Virus record (IMG/VR): IMGVR_UViG_3300046383_000002
Location: 1-32,106 of that record
Length of the DNA stretch: 32,106 nucleotides
Strand: one strand, 5' to 3'
Source: a virus
Lineage: Duplodnaviria; Caudoviricetes
The notes beneath the pieces were generated by a model that was not told the origin of the DNA, searched no databases, and saw only the letters and a program-made list of their open reading frames with translations. Both the position numbers and the translations under genes were made by a program. Shown in pieces: positions 1 to 6,987 of this stretch. Position 1 is the stretch's first letter; every line of letters starts with the position of its first letter.

Positions 1-558
1 CCTCTCCTGTACATTCTCGGAAGTCGAATTCAAACTGTTCCTGACGTATACGTCGGCGTCGACCTCAACAACATCCCCAAAAAGAGCAACGTCAACTGGG
101 CAGACATCTACGACAACTTCGACTTTGTAACCAAAGGCAAGAGCCTTGAAGCCAAGTACACCCCCTTCGATAAGGCAGTTTGCCTCGAGGTCATCGAGCA
201 CATGGGTCCGGAAGATGGGGACGCTCTCCTCGGGAACCTGCACTACCTTCTCCGAGATAGTGGGATCCTCTATCTTTCAACACCAGTCTTCAACGGATCT
301 CGGGCTGCTAACCACATCCACGAATACACCATCCCCGAACTCCAGGGAAAGGTTGAGAAGGCTGGCTTCAAAGTCCTGAGGCGCATCGGCACGTTCGCCA
401 GCAAACCCGACATTAAGCCAGTGCTCACCCCACCGCAAGAGCTGATCTACAACGAGATGGAGGAGTGGTTCGGCGGAGACGTGATGTCAACGATCATGGC
501 GTACAACCACCCCGACCAGAGTCGCAACAACATGTGGGTTCTTCAGAAGTCAGAGTAA
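1..558 (+). CDS. Class I SAM-dependent methyltransferase (5' partial, small-molecule type)
   Basis: Frame 1 is open from base 1 (PLLYILGSRIQTVPDVYVGVDLN...FDKAVCLEVIEHM...GILYLSTP...NHIHEY). YVGVD, FDxxxCLEVIEH and GxLYLSTP are typical Methyltransf_11/23 motifs. The track's ATG at 202 is internal. Confidence 0.8.
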   Translation, partial: PLLYILGSRIQTVPDVYVGVDLNNIPKKSNVNWADIYDNFDFVTKGKSLEAKYTPFDKAVCLEVIEHMGPEDGDALLGNLHYLLRDSGILYLSTPVFNGSRAANHIHEYTIPELQGKVEKAGFKVLRRIGTFASKPDIKPVLTPPQELIYNEMEEWFGGDVMSTIMAYNHPDQSRNNMWVLQKSE

Positions 559-562
559 CGTT

Positions 563-1471
563 GTGGGGCAAATCGTTATTCTCGAAGGGCCTGATGGCTC
601 TGGAAAAACGACCTTGGCTAGGTGTCTGTGTAACGGGTACGGGTTTTCGTACGCCCACACGGGCCCTCCCAAGCCTGACGAAAACGTCCTGCTTGACTAC
701 GCCTTGAAACTGTATCGTGCCAACGAGAGTGGCAAGAATACAGTAATCGACCGACTACATCTTGGGGAAGGAATCTACGGACCCATCATGCGGGGAGTTG
801 ACCTCCTTACTGAGGAAGGTCTCGTCATCCTGCAAAGGATGATAACGGCGTACGACGCAAAGACGGTTATCTGCCTTCCAAAATTCGATGTCGCCTCCCA
901 AAACTGGAGATCGAAACACAACGAATACATCTCCGACGACAGCAAGTACAGACGCATCTACACGGCGTACGCAAAACTTGTTCCGCAGTACGATCACTGG
1001 GATTACAAGGAGGTCGACGTCGAAGACAAGGCAGACTCCCTCCTTACGGTTCCAGTCCCAGAAGATCGTTGCCCGCCAGACGTCGTAGGCTCCCCACACC
1101 CCTGCTTTCTCGTCGTTGGCGAGAAGGCGAATCAAAAAGAACTTGACGTTCCGTGGGTAGACCTGAACCACGGCAGCCACTTCTTATACGAATGTCTCCA
1201 TGAAGCGGGGTTCGTCGAAGAGGAGTTGGCGTTCATCAACGCCCTCAGGATCGACAACACTGAAACCGAAGTGATGAAAGCTTGGGGTGCGCTAGGTTCC
1301 CCGACCCCAATCCTTCTCGGAGGCATCGCGAAGAAACTCTTCTTCGTCGCAGGATTTGACAATGAACCCTACAGCATCCCACACCCAAACTACTGGATGC
1401 GGTTCCACTCCAAACGACGAGCAGAATATGTCGAGAAGCTCAGGAGGGTCAGGTCACTCGTGTATGCATAA
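563..1471 (+). CDS. P-loop dNMP (thymidylate-like) kinase fused to a C-terminal uracil-DNA-glycosylase-like domain
   Basis: N-terminus has Walker A ILEGPDGSGKTT and the dNMP kinase motif VIDR. C-terminus has FLVVGEKAN, GSHFL, FINA, ILLGGIA and IPHPNY, in the order of the UDG-superfamily motifs. Confidence 0.8.
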   Translation: MGQIVILEGPDGSGKTTLARCLCNGYGFSYAHTGPPKPDENVLLDYALKLYRANESGKNTVIDRLHLGEGIYGPIMRGVDLLTEEGLVILQRMITAYDAKTVICLPKFDVASQNWRSKHNEYISDDSKYRRIYTAYAKLVPQYDHWDYKEVDVEDKADSLLTVPVPEDRCPPDVVGSPHPCFLVVGEKANQKELDVPWVDLNHGSHFLYECLHEAGFVEEELAFINALRIDNTETEVMKAWGALGSPTPILLGGIAKKLFFVAGFDNEPYSIPHPNYWMRFHSKRRAEYVEKLRRVRSLVYA

Positions 1472-2291
1472 CCGCGACATCTACACCGCTTGGATAAGCC
1501 TCCTGAACACGCTGATTCGACACGGGAAGGTAACGTCACCTCGAAATTTAAAGACCCTCGAGCTGCTCGGCGTTTCGTTGCGTGTTGACACAGGCCTGGG
1601 AAACATCATCTACCACCCGTATAGAAACCTCAACTATAAGTTCATGGTCGCCGAATGGCTGTGGATTGTTGAGGGCTCGAACCAGGTGAAGGTCCTATCG
1701 CAGTACAACAAAAAGATCGCCCAATTCTCAGACGACGGAGAAACGCTCGCGGGCGCGTACGGACCCAGGATCAACGCGCAGCTTGATTGGGTTCACCACG
1801 TGCTTGTCCTGGAAGACACGCGGCAAGCCGTCATCACAATCTGGACTCCCACGCCAGCGGCCTCAAAAGACATTCCCTGCACAGTCGCTCTTCAATTCCT
1901 GAAACGTGGCGAGTACATGAACCTCATTGTGACAATGAGGTCTTCAGACGCGTGGTTGGGGATCCCGTACGACTTCTACTCGTTCTCGATGCTCCTCAAC
2001 CTGGTGGCTTCGTACCACGGCTGCCAGGTGGGGTTCGTTCAGATGAATCTGGGGTCATCTCACTTGTACGAAACAGACCTCGCTGAGGCTAAGAAGGTCA
2101 TCAATAGTCCTGGTCAGGGGATGGTCGCTTGGTCCCCTAGGGTACCCTATGATGTCCCACTGGATGTCTTTAGGACTCTTCATGACCCGACCCTTGGCCT
2201 CGAAATTTTGCCAGCTCCATGGGGTTTGTATCAGAGAGTCTTAAGAGAAGAGACGAGGAGAGCAGATGCCTTTAAGGTACTCACCGAGTAA
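1464..2291 (+). CDS. Thymidylate synthase superfamily enzyme, predicted dCMP hydroxymethylase/methylase
   Basis: Motifs AEWLW, GAYGPR, DTRQA, DIPC (catalytic Cys), MRSSDAWLGIPYD and GSSHLYE. ATG at 1464 overlaps the kinase stop and is preferred over the track start at 1356. Confidence 0.85.
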   Translation: MHNRDIYTAWISLLNTLIRHGKVTSPRNLKTLELLGVSLRVDTGLGNIIYHPYRNLNYKFMVAEWLWIVEGSNQVKVLSQYNKKIAQFSDDGETLAGAYGPRINAQLDWVHHVLVLEDTRQAVITIWTPTPAASKDIPCTVALQFLKRGEYMNLIVTMRSSDAWLGIPYDFYSFSMLLNLVASYHGCQVGFVQMNLGSSHLYETDLAEAKKVINSPGQGMVAWSPRVPYDVPLDVFRTLHDPTLGLEILPAPWGLYQRVLREETRRADAFKVLTE

Positions 2292-2724
2292 CCGGCCAGA
2301 GTTGCAAGAATATTTCTTGCGCATGCTGGACCTTGTTTCATCTCGGTCGACCTGCGGACGCCGTTCAGTTGGTTCAATCATCACCACCGACAAAGGCCAC
2401 ATCTTAAGCACGGGATACAACGGCGTGCCAAGTACCGTTGCCCACTGCATTGAAGTCCCCTGTTCTGGAATCAATGACCCTTCTGGGGATTCCAGCCGCT
2501 GTTTTGCCGTTCACGCTGAACAAAACGCCTTACTTCAATGCTGGAGACTTGACCTTGCCAGAACAATGTACTGCACTGTCTTCCCATGCTTCATCTGTGC
2601 GAAGATGATTGCAAATACTCAGATCAACAAACTCATTTACCGAGAAGAGTACGCAGATCGAGCAGGGCTCGTTCTCCTAACTGATTTGGGATTTGAGCTT
2701 GTTCATGTCCCCAGATCGACATAA
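2266..2724 (+). CDS. dCMP deaminase
   Basis: STCGRRSVG, TGYNG, HAEQNAL and PCFIC zinc-deaminase motifs. GAGGAG Shine-Dalgarno upstream. Confidence 0.92.
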   Translation: MPLRYSPSNRPELQEYFLRMLDLVSSRSTCGRRSVGSIITTDKGHILSTGYNGVPSTVAHCIEVPCSGINDPSGDSSRCFAVHAEQNALLQCWRLDLARTMYCTVFPCFICAKMIANTQINKLIYREEYADRAGLVLLTDLGFELVHVPRST

Positions 2725-4525
2725 ACAACCAAGCCTGCTAGCGCAAGTCGGGCCCGATACAGGGTGGAGGGCCCCAGAACAACTCCCTGTACTCGATGAT
2801 CGATTCAGGAGACTCGGGTTTGATTCGGAGTGGACTGGCACTGACTGGCTAGGGGATGACGTTCCAGTCGGCTACAGCTTCGCGCTTGAAGACGGTCGTA
2901 AGTTTTATCTTCCTGTGGGACACCAGGGAGGGGGAAACCTCGACAAAGCGTTAGTTCACAGGTGGATGAACCGTGAACTCAAAAACAAAACTCTCGTCAC
3001 ACTCTCTGGCAAAGGCGACATCCAAATGTGTCGGAAAGTTGGAGTTGACCTTGAAGCTCTGGGATGTTCAATTGAAGAAGTACAGTACCAGGCGGCACTC
3101 CTTTCGGATATACGGCGATCCTTCAAAATGGAGGATCTGGCAAATGATTACCTCGGACAAAAGAAAATCGAAATACAGCGTAAAGATATCTGGCAACTTC
3201 CAGCCTACGAAGTCGGACCGTATGCTGAAGAAGACGCTGCCATCACCCTTAGACTTGGCGATTTTCTCGGCGAAAAGATCAAAGAGGAGGAACTCGATAA
3301 GGTCCTCGCGCTCGAGAACTCTCTGATTTACTGCGTTTGCGAGATGGAGCGGAATGGAGTGCCGCTGGATTATGATAAACTTTTTGCGTGGAAGGGTGAG
3401 ATTAAGAAGAGGTCTGATCAGATTATTCTTCTTATTGCTGAAGGTACAGGGCTTAAGGTCAACCCTAACTCCGCGCACGATCTTGCTCAGCTGTTTGGTC
3501 TTCTGGGTATTGGATATAATCGCACTCCTCCTACTGGTAACTTTCCTAACGGGCAACCAAGCTTTACAGATGAATTTCTCGCAACTATTGATAATGAGTT
3601 TGTTCATCTTATCCGTGAAGGTCGGACTCTTGATAGTCTTGATTCTAAATATGTTGGAAAGTACGCGGCAGCGATTAGAAGAGGAATCCTCCACTACCAG
3701 CTTCACCAGCTTAAAGGAGATGAAGCTTACGGAACGATCTCTGGGAGATTCAGCTCGTCGAAGGTAAACATCCAGCAGGTCTTCGACCCCGAGCGTCAAG
3801 CGGATAAAATGGGTCGGAGAGACTACATCATCCGTCAGCTGTTTCTCCCCGGCAAGGGGATGAAGTGGTTGAAGGCTGACGCAAGCCAGATTGAGTTTCG
3901 GCTTTTCGTCCACTATTCAAGAAGTGCTCGACTCATTAAGATTTTCAACGAGACTCCAGATGTTGACTTCCACCAGCAAGTCGCTGACCTGTGCTCCATC
4001 AAAAGGAAGCCTGCGAAGAACATTAATTTCGGCAAGTTGTTTGGAATGGGACGGGACAAAATGGCTCGTGAGCTTGGACTACCAAGATCAGAGTCAGACG
4101 TTCTATTCGCGAAATACGATCAGAAATTCCCCGAGACTAAGAATCTCATGGAAGAAGTCATGGGGGTGGCCCGTAATCGTGGTTACGTTAAAACAATACT
4201 TGGGAGACGAGCGAGATTTCCCAACGGTGAGCGCCTACATTCCGCCCTTAATCGAGTAATCCAGGGATCTGCCGCTGACATCCTCAAGATTAAGTTGCTG
4301 GAACTCTACAACAACCGGAAGGCTCTCGGGTTCTTGATGCGTCTAACCGTTCATGACGAGGTTGGTGGCGATGTCGAGAGCAAGGAGCAAGCAGCCGCTA
4401 TTAAAGAGATGCTCGAGGCTCCTATTCCTGGGTTGGGTATCAGGGTTCCTCTGCTGTGGGATGTCACGGTTGCGAACAACTGGGGAGAAGCTTCGTGGCC
4501 CAAAGAGTGGTCGAAAGCGGCCTAA
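2705..4525 (+). CDS. polA: DNA polymerase family A with 3'-5' exonuclease
   Basis: Exo I FDSE and Exo III YAEED. Polymerase motifs GTISGRFSS, A (ADASQIEFR), B (RKPAKNINFGKLFG), NRVIQGSAAD and C (TVHDE). ATG 2705 chosen over TTG 2693. Confidence 0.95.
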   Translation: MSPDRHKQPSLLAQVGPDTGWRAPEQLPVLDDRFRRLGFDSEWTGTDWLGDDVPVGYSFALEDGRKFYLPVGHQGGGNLDKALVHRWMNRELKNKTLVTLSGKGDIQMCRKVGVDLEALGCSIEEVQYQAALLSDIRRSFKMEDLANDYLGQKKIEIQRKDIWQLPAYEVGPYAEEDAAITLRLGDFLGEKIKEEELDKVLALENSLIYCVCEMERNGVPLDYDKLFAWKGEIKKRSDQIILLIAEGTGLKVNPNSAHDLAQLFGLLGIGYNRTPPTGNFPNGQPSFTDEFLATIDNEFVHLIREGRTLDSLDSKYVGKYAAAIRRGILHYQLHQLKGDEAYGTISGRFSSSKVNIQQVFDPERQADKMGRRDYIIRQLFLPGKGMKWLKADASQIEFRLFVHYSRSARLIKIFNETPDVDFHQQVADLCSIKRKPAKNINFGKLFGMGRDKMARELGLPRSESDVLFAKYDQKFPETKNLMEEVMGVARNRGYVKTILGRRARFPNGERLHSALNRVIQGSAADILKIKLLELYNNRKALGFLMRLTVHDEVGGDVESKEQAAAIKEMLEAPIPGLGIRVPLLWDVTVANNWGEASWPKEWSKAA

Positions 4526-5002
4526 ATGACTGAGGCCCAGTATACGTCGAAGGTCGTTGCATATCTGAAGAATGCTGGAACCGTCACGTTCAAGCATTCT
4601 GACCACTTTACGACTGGGATCCCTGATATCAGTTCTACAAATTGGGACCACACGACTTGGATGGAGGTCAAGATCGTTAACGAAGGGCAAACCATCTTTA
4701 ATCGGGTCACACAGCAGGACAAGGTCCAATTCTTTACGATGGTGGCGTTGGGAAATCTAGGCCGAGCGTTCTACATCGTTAAAAAGAGTACTGAAGTCTT
4801 TATCATTCGACCGGCGACGTTCGTTCATATGTTTGAGGCTGAAGACCGTTCCGACGGGTACATTCGGGATAGGAGTCAATTTGTTGGATCTTTAACCAAT
4901 CACGAGGTTCTTGAAAGCGTATTCAGGAGAAACTTCTCCGCAATTATCCTGCCAACAGACTACTCCACGATCTTTAACCTTACCAAAATGGGGAAGATAT
5001 GA
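4526..5002 (+). CDS. PD-(D/E)xK nuclease (VRR-NUC / Holliday junction resolvase-like)
   Basis: MTEAQ...GIPDI...WMEVK...Q pattern, directly after the polymerase. Confidence 0.75.
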   Translation: MTEAQYTSKVVAYLKNAGTVTFKHSDHFTTGIPDISSTNWDHTTWMEVKIVNEGQTIFNRVTQQDKVQFFTMVALGNLGRAFYIVKKSTEVFIIRPATFVHMFEAEDRSDGYIRDRSQFVGSLTNHEVLESVFRRNFSAIILPTDYSTIFNLTKMGKI

Positions 5003-5580
5003 ACAGGCAACAAACTCTTGTCTACGAGTTCATGAAGAAACACGACCTCACCATGAACATCAAAAACATCCAGCATGACGTAGACGCTTTGTTACGGCTA
5101 CGGCTCGTTGTCGAGGAGCTGGCGGAGCTTATCAAAGCTGTTCACGAGCGAAATCTTGTAGAAGTAGCTGACGGTCTTGGAGATCTGATGTACGTGGTCT
5201 ATGGAACAGGCGTGACCTACGGGTTAAAGATCCACGGCAAAACTCCAGTCAACTTCATGGGTGAACCTACGCTCATGAGAATAGCGCAAGTCGTCGAATG
5301 CCTCGCTGAGGTTACGCAAGCTGTTGGGGACTTCGCGTACGCACTCGAAATGTTCGATCTTCTAGCCCTCGAAACCTCCCTGAGCCTCATCATCGAATCT
5401 TGCATCAACTTCGCAGAAACCACGAACTTGCCAATTGAAGATATCTTTGAAGCGATCCATGAATCGAACATGACGAAGGAAAAGCTTACCGAATTCAACA
5501 AGGGCGGTAAGGGCCAGAACTTCATTCCTGTGAATCTAAAAATTGTTCTCTGGCCTGAGGCGCAGAATGGACTACGTTGA
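4999..5580 (+). CDS. MazG-like all-alpha NTP pyrophosphohydrolase
   Basis: LRLRLVVEELAEL...EVADGLGDLMYVVYG and IHESNMTK. ATGA overlap with the previous gene. Confidence 0.85.
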   Translation: MNRQQTLVYEFMKKHDLTMNIKNIQHDVDALLRLRLVVEELAELIKAVHERNLVEVADGLGDLMYVVYGTGVTYGLKIHGKTPVNFMGEPTLMRIAQVVECLAEVTQAVGDFAYALEMFDLLALETSLSLIIESCINFAETTNLPIEDIFEAIHESNMTKEKLTEFNKGGKGQNFIPVNLKIVLWPEAQNGLR

Positions 5581-5923
5581 ACTTCTAGGCAAAGCGAAGA
5601 AGATTGTCGAAGAGTCTCCGGTCAGGAGATTCATGGACGGAACCCCGCTGTACAACGATATCCCAGTCATGATGACGGACTTCGTTGTGGCTCAGAACGA
5701 GTGGCAGGCCATTGAAACCGCCCCGAAAGAAAACAGCGTCAGAATCGATTTATGGGCGAAGTGTTGGCTTCCAGCTTTTGACGAGTTCGCGTTCCAGAGA
5801 TTTCCCAACTGCTACTGGTATAAGGGAGATTCAATGTGTAACGTCGACTCTCATTGGATGAACCTCGACAAAAACTGGCACGCAACTCACTGGATGAACA
5901 TCCCTTCAGGACCGGAGAAATAA
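5567..5923 (+). CDS. DUF551-like phage protein
   Basis: EWQAIETAPK...ATHWMNIPSGP signature. Start at ATG 5567. Confidence 0.7.
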   Translation: MDYVELLGKAKKIVEESPVRRFMDGTPLYNDIPVMMTDFVVAQNEWQAIETAPKENSVRIDLWAKCWLPAFDEFAFQRFPNCYWYKGDSMCNVDSHWMNLDKNWHATHWMNIPSGPEK

Positions 5924-5924
5924 G

Positions 5925-6128
5925 GTGGGTCAAAGACCTTCTGACGCGTTGTACTGGGAAATCTGCGAGTTTGCCAGTCGACTTGGTAAGGCAGATGTTC
6001 GAACTCACCCTGGGGACGTATTGAAGTGGGGACAGCTTATAGCGGTGTGTTGGGCCGAGTTCGACCTTAAGATGAGGGCGGGTGATGATCTTCCTACTGC
6101 GTGGAAGGTTACGAGAACTGACCACTAG
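5925..6128 (+). CDS. Hypothetical protein, last gene of the + strand arm
   Basis: GTG start 1 nt after the preceding stop, GGAG upstream, 67 aa. No recognisable motif. Confidence 0.5.
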   Translation: MGQRPSDALYWEICEFASRLGKADVRTHPGDVLKWGQLIAVCWAEFDLKMRAGDDLPTAWKVTRTDH

Positions 6129-6564
6129 GCGTTAGGTCAGGAGGCTTAAGCTTGTCCGTTGACCGCGGGGGTCGGGTGGCGGTCAAGCCTGGTGGACGAA
6201 CGCGGCCGAAGTAGAATCCGATTACCAGGCCTACGATCGTCCACCACTCCGGTGGGAGTCGGGCGGTATCGTCCTTAATGTACATCGACAAGGCGAGCAC
6301 GCCCGTGCAAGTCGTTACGACGACGAAAACTGCGATTACAGACTGCGTGTATTCCCAGACGTTGTTGAGTCGTCGTTCAGAGGAGGCGGGGGATAGATCC
6401 TTCCTGAGCTGTTGTTGACCAGCAAGAATCGCGGCTTCCACGCTCTTGATTGCTAGCTTAAGCTCTAGAGTCGTCTGATCCTTTAGAGGATCCGCGGCGG
6501 CGGTTCCTACAGCCTCTCCTGTTGTATCCACGGCGCGCAACTTTCCTGGAAGCTTCCACATCAA
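6109..6564 (-). CDS. Putative holin / two-TM membrane protein
   Basis: Two hydrophobic segments (SVIAVFVVVTTCTGVLALSMYI and WWTIVGLVIGFYFG) and a basic C-terminus. Last gene of the late arm. Confidence 0.55.
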   Translation of the reverse strand: MMWKLPGKLRAVDTTGEAVGTAAADPLKDQTTLELKLAIKSVEAAILAGQQQLRKDLSPASSERRLNNVWEYTQSVIAVFVVVTTCTGVLALSMYIKDDTARLPPEWWTIVGLVIGFYFGRVRPPGLTATRPPRSTDKLKPPDLTPSGQFS

Positions 6565-6981
6565 CTACGTCTTACCTTTCAACGCAAGGTAAGCTTTTCT
6601 CGCCAGGATAAATTTCCGGTTCGTTCCTCCCTTATCCGGGTGAGCATCTAACATATCCTGTTTCAACTTCGCCAATTTCTTCCGCTGGAGCCGGGCCCAC
6701 CGCTGCCGGTGGTGGGACAGGGTCTTACAGGCCTTGCATTTCCGCTTCGTACTCCCCGGGGCGATATAGGTATTGGCCGGGGTGAAGAGATGGCCATGGA
6801 TGCATTTAGTTCGTTTCGAACCCTTGCGCTTCCGGTTGGCCCGGACAATCTGCTCTAGGCCTGCGGGCGTGAACCCGCTGGGCCACTGGGCCTTGCGCCG
6901 GGCCATCATGTGCCGGGCAGCGGTGGATCTCCGGGAATCGCCCTTGCGAATAACCCCTTCTCCAACTAATTTCCGACTCAT
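6565..6981 (-). CDS. Basic protein with an HNH-associated-type zinc finger and a C-terminal J-domain-like (HPD) segment
   Basis: TKCIHGHLFTPANTY...RKCKAC, followed by LKQDMLDAHPDKGGTNRKFILARKAY. Confidence 0.65.
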   Translation of the reverse strand: MSRKLVGEGVIRKGDSRRSTAARHMMARRKAQWPSGFTPAGLEQIVRANRKRKGSKRTKCIHGHLFTPANTYIAPGSTKRKCKACKTLSHHRQRWARLQRKKLAKLKQDMLDAHPDKGGTNRKFILARKAYLALKGKT

Positions 6982-6987
6982 GGTTCA

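Noticed and set aside
563-1050. Kinase as a 5-hmU DNA kinase of thymidine hypermodification
   Set aside because: Motifs fit a dNMP kinase, and no aGPT-Pplase partner is visible in the window. Not excluded for genes upstream.
1356-1463. N-terminal extension of the TS homologue in the ORF track
   Set aside because: Overlaps the kinase by more than 100 nt. ATG 1464 at the kinase stop fits translational coupling.
1464-2291. Calling the gene thyA or a dUMP hydroxymethylase
   Set aside because: Asp rather than Asn at the specificity position argues for a cytidylate substrate.
3068-3913. 281-aa antisense ORF inside polA
   Set aside because: Shadow of a well-supported gene, with no motifs.
2705-4525. 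Intein or intron in polA
   Set aside because: The gene is compact, with all motifs at normal spacing.
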